DNA of 32,000 bases. Source: Candidatus Kuenenia stuttgartensis (lineage in GTDB: Bacteria > Planctomycetota > Brocadiia > Brocadiales > Brocadiaceae). The DNA lies in the NCBI RefSeq assembly GCF_900232105.1, contig NZ_LT934425.1:3510001-3542000 (forward strand), given 5' to 3'. Position numbers and translations under genes: made by a program. The notes under the pieces are model-generated. The model was not told the origin of the DNA. It ran no database searches and saw only the letters and a program-made list of their open reading frames with translations. How positions within the stretch are numbered: the first letter of the stretch is position 1; every line of letters starts with the position of its first letter. Positions 8,979 through 18,144 of this stretch are shown piece after piece.

Positions 8979-10034
8979 TCAAGACAATAGGGTCTGTTGT
9001 ATGCTTCGGCGTATACTAACTCCTAACCAAACAACAATAGTGATCAGTATTATATTGGAAAAAATTATTATAACAAAATGCCCTTTCATCCATGGATACA
9101 AATCAGCCAGGATAAACCGTTCAATCCTGTCTTCCAGGTCTTCGTTTCTGTTGATAAAGAGTATATTTTCAACAACCTTGTCCTCCGATACGTCGATAAC
9201 CATTGCGTGGTGAAAACAGCCATATTTATTCTTTTTGAGGTGTGCGCCACCACCACCGGTAACCAGATACACGGTATTCCCTTTCTTTACTCTTGCGTAC
9301 CCATGATAGTCGCCTGTTATTACATAGTCTGCATGCAGTTTTTCCACCAATGAAACGAACTCCTCTGAGCCTTCAAATTCTCTGGCATCGATGACGGAAG
9401 AAACCGGTGGCGGAATATGTGAAAACACAAATATCATCCTGTGTCGTGATGAAGCGTCTTCCGAAATGAGTTTTTCCAGGAACAGGAGACTCTCTTTTGT
9501 GGAATATGGCTTGTCAAGGATACGGAGAAAGACAAAGAGGCATTCCTGATAGGTAAAGGAAAAAATACTCGGGCCGTAGACCTCTTCAAATCTCGATATA
9601 GGAAAATTATTAGTATCGATATCATGATTGCCTGCAAGAAAAAAGGTTGGAAATGGAAATGCAATTTCCCTGGCCAACTCCGCCTTGAAATAAGCATGTT
9701 CACCTTCCGTGCCCCGGCGCACAAAGTCCCCCAGAAAGACAGCAAACGACAATGGTTCCTCTTTTAGTTCGTCGGCAATCTTTTCAAAGGTGCCAGTGCT
9801 TTTCGTATCACCAAAAACGGCAAACCGGAATGCTTCCTTAGGTTTTTCCTGTGTCAACACTTCTCTGACGTGCATAAAATTGCCGGATAACGGCGGGAGT
9901 TTCTCGTTTCCCTCAAAACGCTGCAAAAGCAAGGCATATACTTCAAAGGAGAAGAAGCATAAAATGAATAAAACAATCGGGACTGTTACCCTGAGAGAGG
10001 TTGGTTTTTGAATTAACTGGTGAATTCTCATCAT
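8979..10034 (-). CDS. membrane-anchored metallophosphoesterase (calcineurin-like)
   Basis: Metallophosphoesterase signature blocks are present: 'FAVFGDTK', 'FAVFLGDFV', 'LAGNHD', 'FSHIPP', 'ITGDYHGY'. Both the N-terminal and C-terminal segments are hydrophobic. Confidence 0.85.
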   Translation of the reverse strand: MMRIHQLIQKPTSLRVTVPIVLFILCFFSFEVYALLLQRFEGNEKLPPLSGNFMHVREVLTQEKPKEAFRFAVFGDTKSTGTFEKIADELKEEPLSFAVFLGDFVRRGTEGEHAYFKAELAREIAFPFPTFFLAGNHDIDTNNFPISRFEEVYGPSIFSFTYQECLFVFLRILDKPYSTKESLLFLEKLISEDASSRHRMIFVFSHIPPPVSSVIDAREFEGSEEFVSLVEKLHADYVITGDYHGYARVKKGNTVYLVTGGGGAHLKKNKYGCFHHAMVIDVSEDKVVENILFINRNEDLEDRIERFILADLYPWMKGHFVIIIFSNIILITIVVWLGVSIRRSIQQTLLS

Positions 10035-10335
10035 GTTACCATTTCCAAAAGAGGATATTTGTCAGAAAAGTAGCTGGATAGCACATACGACAAAAGTAAT
10101 ACGCTGTCAGGAAGACGAGCAAGATTTCTATAGGAAATTATGATATAAGGCGTAATATTACATGAATTCAAGAAAAAAGAAAAATTAATTTTTTGTAATT
10201 TTGATAGAGGTAACAGGAGGATGATTTTATGGCAAAATGCATCTCTTGTGAAATTTAATGGTTAAAATACGTTCATTTTGCCATGAGATACCATATCTTG
10301 CGGTATTAACTGAGACTCTGAAACTTCAAGGCAAT

Positions 10336-11772
10336 TCATGTGTCTTTCACACCAATAAGAAAAAGCATCTTCTTTTTATTATGTGCCTTCCGTTGAAGAA
10401 TTAGCTTTTTTAGAAATGGTTCAGCATCCTTATAAATAGACTTCAGGTCATCTTCGCTGATAACTAAATAGGAATTTGCCTCTGCATTGCACAAATCTCG
10501 AATTGACAGGTGAGGATCTTTAGTATTTAACCTATGAATTCTTTTATATTGTTGTCCTACCCATGCCAATACCTCTGCGTCACCAGACGAGCAGTATATT
10601 TGAGCATTTAATCCGGTAACTTTATAAACTTCCTGTGCAAGATACATTTCTGAGTTTTTATATGGCTGGATTAGGGGCTGGATAGTTGTAAAGTAAAGAG
10701 GTATTGCAATTATCGGAAGAGGTATTATCAACCATGCCGCACGGCGTACTAGTTGGCTTGATTTACAATAATGGACAAGAGCGTTTGCAATACCAAGCGC
10801 AATGAACGGTTCCAGCGGCAAAAAGTAATGAGGCCGTTTTTTTGGAATGCATGAAATAATAACAAAAAGCGCTCCCGCAATTGCGAGTGGGGCAGAGTAA
10901 CCACGACGTCTTAAATCTGCAATTGCGCAAGGAAGGAAAAGTAAGGGCGGCAGTGAATACAGAAACCCGTGACTCAGATAATAAAATGGGTTTCCGCTGT
11001 CCTTCTTGGTCACATTAAGATCCGGCTGAGAAAGTACATTTCTGAGATATTCCCCGTTGTCGCGAAGGTATGCAGGGATCGCCCAGATCGCCAAAACAGC
11101 CACAAGTGCAAAAGCGAACCAAAACCAATCTGACCGGGGTCGTTTGAAGTCTTGCCTGCGAATAGGGGCAAAAACCGCAAAAAGAACGGGCACAAGTACC
11201 CCATAGGGCCCCTTAGTTATTGCCCCAAGCCCTGCAAATAGTCCTGCGGAAACCAACCACAATACTCGTGGAAAGCCTATTTGCTTTTTCATGCCCAGCC
11301 CCAGGCAGAGGCACGACAACAAGATGGAGGCACACAGGATCATGTCGGGCCTTGCTTCGCGGGCCATTTTGCTATACCCTATCGTGCCAAGTAATGCTAT
11401 GGCCCCGATCAATGCGGTGCGTCGGTCGAAAAACAGAAGCCCTATCCCATAGGTCGCCAGTATTCCTATCATACCAGCTACGGCGGAAGGCAAGCGTGCA
11501 ATTGTCATACTAGGCCCACCCATCAAACGGGTGAGTAGCGCCGCCGGCGCATGCATAACCGGTGGCTTGTCATAGTATACTTTACCTAGAAGCCTTGGCA
11601 CGAGATAGTCACCGCTTTCTGCCATTTCCCGGATAATCTCCGCATGGCGGATTTCACGGCTCGACCAATGCCTGTTCTGGCCAAGGGCCAGGAACAGAAC
11701 CACTGCGGAGAGTATTGCCAATACGAATAAATCAAAAAATGGTGTTCGCTGTCTCCTAAAAATATTGATCAT
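10336..11772 (-). CDS. PMT/ArnT-family (GT39/GT83-like) membrane glycosyltransferase
   Basis: This is a polytopic membrane protein with 'YYDKPPVMH' after the first TM, which is typical of the ArnT/PMT_2 family. I place the start at ATG 11772 ('MINIFRRQ'), preceded by AAGAGG 8 nt upstream. The ORF-track extension to 11925 runs through a repeat element. Confidence 0.8.
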   Translation of the reverse strand: MINIFRRQRTPFFDLFVLAILSAVVLFLALGQNRHWSSREIRHAEIIREMAESGDYLVPRLLGKVYYDKPPVMHAPAALLTRLMGGPSMTIARLPSAVAGMIGILATYGIGLLFFDRRTALIGAIALLGTIGYSKMAREARPDMILCASILLSCLCLGLGMKKQIGFPRVLWLVSAGLFAGLGAITKGPYGVLVPVLFAVFAPIRRQDFKRPRSDWFWFAFALVAVLAIWAIPAYLRDNGEYLRNVLSQPDLNVTKKDSGNPFYYLSHGFLYSLPPLLFLPCAIADLRRRGYSAPLAIAGALFVIISCIPKKRPHYFLPLEPFIALGIANALVHYCKSSQLVRRAAWLIIPLPIIAIPLYFTTIQPLIQPYKNSEMYLAQEVYKVTGLNAQIYCSSGDAEVLAWVGQQYKRIHRLNTKDPHLSIRDLCNAEANSYLVISEDDLKSIYKDAEPFLKKLILQRKAHNKKKMLFLIGVKDT

Positions 11773-11813
11773 TTGAAAACCTCTTTTCCCGAAGAAACCG
11801 TATGTCAAGTTAG

Positions 11814-11894
11814 TCCCCCTTAATAAATGGGGATTCAGGGGGTTGTTTTCTTCTGGCGTTTTTAACAACCCCCTCCCTCCTTTTCGAATGGGGA
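11814..11894. repeat. head-to-head pair of the C5TT/G5TTGTT core repeat (degenerate copies of the core of the 12100 and 22435 elements)
   Basis: 'tcccccttaataaatggggattcagggggttgtttt' is followed by the reverse-complement-like 'taacaaccccctccctccttttcgaatgggga'. gggggttgtt and aacaaccccc form a 10-bp stem. The pair lies 40-120 nt upstream of the glycosyltransferase start. Confidence 0.7.
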
Positions 11895-11955
11895 TTTGCT
11901 GCCATGTATGCCCGCTAACCCGCATAAAAAAAATGAAAATTCCTTTACAATGAAC

Positions 11956-12099
11956 TTAGAAACTGACTTTGAACGCTTTTTGGCCGAGTTTATATGCGGC
12001 CGGCAGGACAACGAGTATAATAAGTGTTGAAGCAATAAGACCGCCAATAAGGGCGATTGCCATTATATCTCTTACAACCGTTGTTACCACCCTTCCACT
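11956..12099 (-). pseudogene. relic of an RND permease C-terminus (last TM helix and tail), 47 codons plus stop
   Basis: The minus-strand translation is 'SGRVVTTVVRDIMAIALIGGLIASTLIILVVLPAAYKLGQKAFKVSF*'. This resembles the TM12 end of CusA/CzcA-type RND pumps (remembered '..IGG.I.S.LL.L.V.PA.YKL'). It has no upstream continuation and abuts the TIR element at 12100. Confidence 0.6.
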
Positions 12100-12199
12100 C
12101 AATGTCATTAAGTTAAGCTACCTGCCGCAAAAGTCCCCCTTAGAAAAGGGGGATAAAGGGGGTTGTTTTTGATCAAATATCCTTAACTTAATGACATTG
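12100..12199. mobile_element. MITE-like element, copy A (100 bp, 18-bp perfect terminal inverted repeats)
   Basis: The TIRs are caatgtcattaagttaag and cttaacttaatgacattg. The core 'tcccccttagaaaagggggataaagggggttgttttt' contains a 7-bp C5TT/AAG5 hairpin. It is about 92% identical (counted by eye) to the copy at 22435-22535. Confidence 0.75.
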
Positions 12200-12228
12200 C
12201 TCTTCCACCTATAGCCGTCTCGACTGTA

Positions 12229-15200
12229 TCACAAATTATCTTTGTCCTTGATCCTTGACAGTACCATAAGGAATACAGGAAGCACTATCAATGCAAGGGG
12301 CATCTGCACCACAAGGCCGGAGATGATGGCAATCGCAAGAGGCTGCAGCATGTCAGCGCCCTCACCGATGCCCCATGCAAGGGGAGCAAGGGCGAAGATT
12401 GCCGCAAGGGTGGTCATGGCAATGGGCCTCATTCGGTTCTTGCCTGCCAGGATCAGTCGTTGAGCTGGAGTAATGCCGCCACGCGGCAGATTACGATATT
12501 CCGAATAGAAGAATATCGTCACCTCGGTAACAATGCCCACGATCATTGTCATGCCCATCATGGCGGTGATGGTCAAATCGGTATGGGTGATCCACAACCC
12601 GATAAAGACGGCCACTAACGCGAGGAGGGTTGTCAGCATCATCGCTATGGCTGCCTGGAAACTCTCGAAGAGAAATAAGAGCAGAACGAAGATCAAAAGG
12701 ACTGCTGCTACGAAAACAGTAACAAGATCTCTGAATGCATCCTGCTGCTGTTCGTATAAACCTCCAATTGTATAGTAAACGTCTTTTGGCAGGAAGCCGG
12801 GTTGATCCAGCGCCCTGATGACATCATGAACGGTGGATCCCATGTCTCTTCCGCTGATTCTTCCGGTGACAGCAATCATTCGTTTCAGATTATCCCGCGC
12901 GATCTGTGACTGGCCGGCAACCGGTTCTATATTGGCGATTCGTTTGAGTGGAAAGATATGCCCGTCCAATGACCGAAGTCTCAGGTTTCTAACGTCTTCT
13001 GTTGAAAAACGGTCCTCGTGCGGTATCCACGCACGCAATCCAACCATTTTCGGACCGGATTGAATATTGGTGGCTACGTTACCCCTCAAAGAGTTTTCCA
13101 GCGTTTGCGTCACCTCTCCAGGCGTCATGCCTTCCAGCGCCGCCTTTACCCTGTCCACATGAATTTCAATAGCGTCACCAGCCAGAACTATTCCATCACG
13201 GACATCTACAACGCCGGGTATGTCTTTTATCTTCCGGGCAGTTTTCCTCGCCAGGCGTTGCAGCAGGAGGCCGTTGTCTGAAAACAACTTAATTTCGATT
13301 GGTTGAGGAACGGCCGTCAGGTCTCCGATAATGTCCTCCATAAGTTTGGCCATCTCAATTTCTATACCGGGGACCTCATGCACTACATGGTCTCTGATTT
13401 CATCCATAACATCATCGAGACCGCGTCTTGGCATAGGTATTAGCCTGATGAAGAAATCGCCTTCATTGGCCTCAGTAATGAAACCACCCAAGCTTAGTCC
13501 GGTCCGCCGCGAGTATGTCTGGACTTCCGGAGTTGTCTGCAGGATTTCTTCCACCTGCTGTAGCAGCCGATCGGTTTCTGATAGTGATGTGCCCGATTTT
13601 GTGCGATAGTCCAGGATAAAGCCTCCTTCATCCATAGAGGGTAAGAAACCCGAACCCGTATGTTGATACGCAAAATATCCCAGTGTAAGAAAAGGCATGA
13701 TTACCAGCGGGATTATCAACGGGTTCCGCAATATAATCCGCATCAGGGCATCGTAAAGGTTGTGTGCCGCGGTGGTCATGTGTCCTCCCTCCGCTTGTTC
13801 CGTGTCCTTTTGTTTCAGCAAATGGCGCCCGAACAGCGGCACAGCCAGCCAGGCTATTAAGAAAGAGACGGCAAGGCACATGGCCATCGTCAAAGAGAGC
13901 GCCTTGAAGAATGCTCCGGTGACGCTGTTGAGAAATGCCAGCGGCGCAAAGATGATAATTGTTGAGGCGGAAGAACCTGCCAACGGAAGGGTAAATTCGG
14001 CCGCTGCCTCATGAATGCGCTCCGCATAATGGCCGCTGCTTCCACGCAAACGCCTGATGATGTGCTCAATCATAACGATGATGTCGTCAATGATCAGACC
14101 TACGGCTGCCGCCATGCCGCCAAGGGTCATGATATTGAGGCTCATGCCCAGCCATGCAAGAATCTGTACAGTGGCAGCCAGCGACATGGGAACGGTTATC
14201 ACAGCTATCAGGGTCAATTTCAGATTGCGAAGAAATATGAGAAGAACCAGTACCGCCAGTCCAATACCGATTCCAAACGCGTCTCGTACACTGCGCTCAG
14301 ATGCCAGGATTAAATCGCTTTGATTATACCAGTTTGAGACACTGACATCCGGGGGTATAATCTTTTTTAACTCCTTGAGTTTTACCCTGCATTCATCGGT
14401 TATATGAACCGTGTTTCCGCCTGGTTGCTGATAAACCTGGAACAAAACCGCTTCGTGTCCATCCGCGTTCACACGCGTCCATTGCGGCATTGTGCCTTGG
14501 CTCACCGTGGCAACATCTTCCAGATACACCACTCCATTTATGTTGGAACGTAGTATTGTTCGTTCAATTTGACTGATGTCCCCAAACTGCGTATCGGAAA
14601 GTACAAGATACAGTTTATAGTTTTCTTCTATACGGCCCACGGCCTTAATGACGTTTGACCCGGAAACTGCTTTAACCACATCATCAATGGTTAATCCGAA
14701 TGAATTCAGTTTTCTCGGATTTACAACGATCTGGTACTCCTCGACAGCGCCTCCCAACACACCGACACGAGCAACGCCCGTAACCGTTGATAAAACAGGC
14801 CGAATACGGAACAGGGCAATATCACGTAATTCCACAAGAGAACGTGTATCCGAAATTAAGCTGTACCCCAATACCGGAAATACCGTGGGATCCATTCTTC
14901 TCACCAGAAAGTTTATCCCGGTTGGAAGCGATCCACGCGTCTGGTTGATAGCCGATTCCACCTGAAGCATGGCCGATAGCATATCCACATTCCAGTCGAA
15001 ATTTACGGACACGTTTGCGCTTCCGCGGCTGGTGTTTGACCGTACGTTACGCACACCGGGCACGGAACGTACGGCCTCTTCAACCGGCTGTGTAATCTCT
15101 ACTGCCATACGTTCCACAGGGCAGTCTCCCGCCTCTATGTTCACAAAAACTCTGGGGAAATTCATTCGTGGAAAAAGGCTTATGGGCATACTCATTCCGG

Positions 15201-15282
15201 CGAAAATGCCTGCGGCTGCAAAAGCCGCCAGTGCGAAGAGGATAGACCGGTGATGACGCTGCGCCCACTGTGGGATTGTCAT
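12229..15282 (-). CDS. RND efflux transporter permease subunit (AcrB/CzcA superfamily)
   Basis: The protein is 1017 aa with the 12-TM, two-large-loop layout. The TM4 motif is 'AAVGLIIDDIIVMIEH', with an Asp-Asp pair as in AcrB-type pumps. The ATG overlaps the MFP stop (ATGA at 15279-15282). Confidence 0.93.
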   Translation of the reverse strand: MTIPQWAQRHHRSILFALAAFAAAGIFAGMSMPISLFPRMNFPRVFVNIEAGDCPVERMAVEITQPVEEAVRSVPGVRNVRSNTSRGSANVSVNFDWNVDMLSAMLQVESAINQTRGSLPTGINFLVRRMDPTVFPVLGYSLISDTRSLVELRDIALFRIRPVLSTVTGVARVGVLGGAVEEYQIVVNPRKLNSFGLTIDDVVKAVSGSNVIKAVGRIEENYKLYLVLSDTQFGDISQIERTILRSNINGVVYLEDVATVSQGTMPQWTRVNADGHEAVLFQVYQQPGGNTVHITDECRVKLKELKKIIPPDVSVSNWYNQSDLILASERSVRDAFGIGIGLAVLVLLIFLRNLKLTLIAVITVPMSLAATVQILAWLGMSLNIMTLGGMAAAVGLIIDDIIVMIEHIIRRLRGSSGHYAERIHEAAAEFTLPLAGSSASTIIIFAPLAFLNSVTGAFFKALSLTMAMCLAVSFLIAWLAVPLFGRHLLKQKDTEQAEGGHMTTAAHNLYDALMRIILRNPLIIPLVIMPFLTLGYFAYQHTGSGFLPSMDEGGFILDYRTKSGTSLSETDRLLQQVEEILQTTPEVQTYSRRTGLSLGGFITEANEGDFFIRLIPMPRRGLDDVMDEIRDHVVHEVPGIEIEMAKLMEDIIGDLTAVPQPIEIKLFSDNGLLLQRLARKTARKIKDIPGVVDVRDGIVLAGDAIEIHVDRVKAALEGMTPGEVTQTLENSLRGNVATNIQSGPKMVGLRAWIPHEDRFSTEDVRNLRLRSLDGHIFPLKRIANIEPVAGQSQIARDNLKRMIAVTGRISGRDMGSTVHDVIRALDQPGFLPKDVYYTIGGLYEQQQDAFRDLVTVFVAAVLLIFVLLLFLFESFQAAIAMMLTTLLALVAVFIGLWITHTDLTITAMMGMTMIVGIVTEVTIFFYSEYRNLPRGGITPAQRLILAGKNRMRPIAMTTLAAIFALAPLAWGIGEGADMLQPLAIAIISGLVVQMPLALIVLPVFLMVLSRIKDKDNL

Positions 15283-16388
15283 TGTTTCCGCTCCTCCACG
15301 ACCGGCATACCATCAGATAACTCATAATTTCCCAACACTACTACAGGATCACCTTCTTTCAGCTCTTTTGAGATTATTTCCATTTTCCCGGAAGTTTCCA
15401 ATCCGATTTGCACCAGATGTCTCACGGCATGACCTCCCATGACCGTAAAGAGACTATGTCCGCCGCTATCAGGCAGAATGGCTTCGCGAGGGGCCAGTAA
15501 GGCATTACGGGAACTTACGATAATCTTCCCTTCGATGTAGTCATTGAGCAGCAATTTACCTTCGGACATTGGCTTAACCATCACACTGACGAGACGTGTA
15601 ATGGGATCGACCCGGCGGGTAATTGTCTGGATGGTCCCTTCAATAGATTTAGAGTCTGGTGCAAGAATGGGTTTCAATTTTACCGATTGACTTTTCTCAA
15701 GCCGGTTAAAGTCATCGGACTCAACCCCGAGGCGGACAATGATCTGGTCCTCATTCGCCAGTTGCAGGAGGTTTGTGCCCGCCGGCACGGTTTGACCCGG
15801 CTGCGCTCCGATGAAATACACAATGCCTGCTGAATCAGCCCTGATTTCCTTCATCGATTCAACACCGCGCTCTTTTAAACTATTGAGTTTCTTTTCAGCC
15901 AGACGGCTTCTGAGTTGTACCGGCACCATGTCCTGCTTTGTAGATAACTGTAACTTGATGCGATCGCTCAGAAGCGCCTCTTCCAGACGCACGGATTCAA
16001 GTTCGTCCTGTGCCTGTTTGAATATTAACTGTGTATCAGGGCTGGGCTTGATTATAAGTAACAATTCACCGGGGTTAACAACCTGTCCTGCCGTTACCAG
16101 CACCCTGGTGATAATACACTCAAAGGTAACATTGTATATTTCAATAGTACTCGGAAGCAGTTCCACTATTCCATACGCCGTAAGCGTTTCGTTAATACGG
16201 CCATAGCTCAACGGAACAGTTTTAACTTTTGCCACAGGAGAACTGTCCTCTACGATTACCTGACCGGCGCCTCCGGATACTACGGTTGGCGGTCCAGGCT
16301 GTCTACGCCACCAGTATAATGATAACGACACGATAGCCACGGTTATCGCTATTCCAATTGCCACTTTTACTCGTATTCTTTGAGTCAT
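15279..16388 (-). CDS. RND periplasmic adaptor (membrane fusion protein, HlyD/AcrA family)
   Basis: It has an N-terminal TM anchor, a lipoyl-like/coiled-coil/beta-barrel organisation, and the position between OMF and RND genes. Confidence 0.85.
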   Translation of the reverse strand: MTQRIRVKVAIGIAITVAIVSLSLYWWRRQPGPPTVVSGGAGQVIVEDSSPVAKVKTVPLSYGRINETLTAYGIVELLPSTIEIYNVTFECIITRVLVTAGQVVNPGELLLIIKPSPDTQLIFKQAQDELESVRLEEALLSDRIKLQLSTKQDMVPVQLRSRLAEKKLNSLKERGVESMKEIRADSAGIVYFIGAQPGQTVPAGTNLLQLANEDQIIVRLGVESDDFNRLEKSQSVKLKPILAPDSKSIEGTIQTITRRVDPITRLVSVMVKPMSEGKLLLNDYIEGKIIVSSRNALLAPREAILPDSGGHSLFTVMGGHAVRHLVQIGLETSGKMEIISKELKEGDPVVVLGNYELSDGMPVVEERKQ

Positions 16389-16392
16389 TGCG

Positions 16393-17862
16393 CTATTCCT
16401 CTATACTGTATATTCCGACGGCAAGTTCAAATGCGAAACGTGAATCCGCCAGTTGTTGTTTCAGGAGAATCAGGTCAATACGTTTTTGCGCCAGGCTGCT
16501 CCATGTATTGTAATAGATAACTACATCTGAATAACCTTGTTCCAACGCCTGCCGGTAAGTGAGAAGGAGCTTTTCCAATACTTGAACGGCCTCTTTGGAG
16601 GCAGTAATCCTGTTGTTGAGAGAAAGCATGATTTTTAAAAGTTTGGCGGCAGTTAATCGTGCCGCAAAAACACTGTTAACATATTGATCAAAGAGTTGTT
16701 TTCTGGTGGAGCGTTCGAAAGCTATCATTCCCTGATTGCGATTAAAGATGGGCACTCCTATGGTAATACCCGGACCGGCGTTATAGAAACCGCCAAAGTC
16801 TTGCGCTTGATTGACGCCCAGGTTTATCATCGGGAACTGTGTAAGAATCGCCTCCCTAACCGTCGCTTCCTGGCTTTTGTAACCTTGGCGTAATGCTAGC
16901 AAATCCAGCCGACGTGTATCAAGGCTTGCAGTCAACTGTTCGAGTGATGAAATATCAATGTTATCCATCAATTCAATGTTGTCCTGCAATTTTATCTCAT
17001 AATCGGGAGGGAGGCCGAGAAGCTGTTTCAACGTCAGGAGCTGCTGACCCGATTCCTGTGTGATTTGTAACAATGCAACTTGCGCCTGATTATAGGCAGC
17101 CTCGGCTGCGGCCAGGTCAAGTTTTGTAAGAAGGCTATTCATAACCGCCTGACGAACACGGTGGACATTTTCAGATAATAGTTGTTCCATTTCCTTTCTG
17201 ACCTGAGCCTGTTTATTCAGGGCCAAAAGTTGGTAAACGGCCATACGCGCCCCCTGTGCCACCTGCATCTCCTTCCAGGCAACAGCAAGATTTACTTCCG
17301 CTTGTTTTGCGGATGCCGCATCCACCCTGGCGGACCGGCTTATCAGGGATTTAATATCCCAGTTGAGATTGGTTGCGAAATTGTTTACGAGACCCTCTGT
17401 GGGCCCCCCGGTGGGAAAATTTATATTGTAAGAGAATTGTGGATTCGGCAATAACCCGGCCTGCAGCAATTGCGCCCCTGCAAGGAGACGGCGGTCTCTC
17501 TCCACCGTCAGGGAGGGATCCAGCAGGACGGCCAAAACTGCCGCCTCATTCGGTGAAAGTCCGTCACGGTCGTCAAAGTCTATAGGTTTCAGAACAGGGT
17601 GATCAATAGATCCGGCCATAATACAAATATCCTTTGTAGAAGGAACGGTAAGTTTCTCCTCTACGACCGCCGAGGTTAGATATCTTGGATGATACGAAGC
17701 GCATCCGGAGAAAACCACCGCCGGAAGAAACATCCAGGTAAGTATCTCCAGGCCCTTAACCCAAAAATTCTTATGTCCTGTGAAAAACAAAAAGAACTTT
17801 TTATAACCTTGTAATACGGCTAAACTCTTCATTTCGTATCCCGATTGTATAGGAATATCCAT
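16393..17862 (-). CDS. TolC/NodT-family outer-membrane efflux protein (probable lipoprotein)
   Basis: The two-repeat OEP-like helical sequence is present, with a lipobox-like 'VVFSGC' near the N-terminus. The gene ends 4 nt upstream of the MFP start. The start codon is uncertain (17862, 17832 or 17733). Confidence 0.85.
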   Translation of the reverse strand: MDIPIQSGYEMKSLAVLQGYKKFFLFFTGHKNFWVKGLEILTWMFLPAVVFSGCASYHPRYLTSAVVEEKLTVPSTKDICIMAGSIDHPVLKPIDFDDRDGLSPNEAAVLAVLLDPSLTVERDRRLLAGAQLLQAGLLPNPQFSYNINFPTGGPTEGLVNNFATNLNWDIKSLISRSARVDAASAKQAEVNLAVAWKEMQVAQGARMAVYQLLALNKQAQVRKEMEQLLSENVHRVRQAVMNSLLTKLDLAAAEAAYNQAQVALLQITQESGQQLLTLKQLLGLPPDYEIKLQDNIELMDNIDISSLEQLTASLDTRRLDLLALRQGYKSQEATVREAILTQFPMINLGVNQAQDFGGFYNAGPGITIGVPIFNRNQGMIAFERSTRKQLFDQYVNSVFAARLTAAKLLKIMLSLNNRITASKEAVQVLEKLLLTYRQALEQGYSDVVIYYNTWSSLAQKRIDLILLKQQLADSRFAFELAVGIYSIEE

Positions 17863-18144
17863 CTTGATTCTAAGACCTTTAGGATTTCAGCCTTTTGTAT
17901 TTTGTATTAAAGGTTGACGGCATTTATTGTCGTAAATGAAAGGTTTTTATTGGCCAGCAGGATATCGTAGAAGGCCATTTTTAGTTTATAGATGATGTCT
18001 GGCTTTGTGCTTTCCAGAGTGAATTTCAGTATTTCTACATTCTTCGAAGCAATGTTTTTACGTGTTGACCGTTTGCCTGGGTATTCTACTCACTGGGTAA
18101 ATTCCAGCGTTGTCTTTGCCGTCCCAAATTCACTCACACACTAC

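Noticed and set aside
10215-10258. A nine-codon mini-ORF (MAKCISCEI*) has a perfect AGGAGG 8 nt upstream and overlaps a 9-bp inverted repeat (ggcaaaatg...cattttgcc).
   Set aside because: It is on the plus strand between two minus-strand genes, so no downstream gene would be regulated by it. It is too short to support without conservation or ribosome-profiling data.
12242-15253. There are many 60-130-codon ORFs antisense to or overlapping the large genes. Examples are 12242-12463, 13018-13281 and 14648-14965 within the RND gene. Similar sets lie within the helicase, MTase, ArnT-like and propeller genes.
   Set aside because: They lie entirely inside long, motif-rich genes on the other strand or frame. 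Their composition is low-complexity (Arg/Ser/Pro-rich), and none has a recognisable family signature or RBS. They are typical shadow ORFs.
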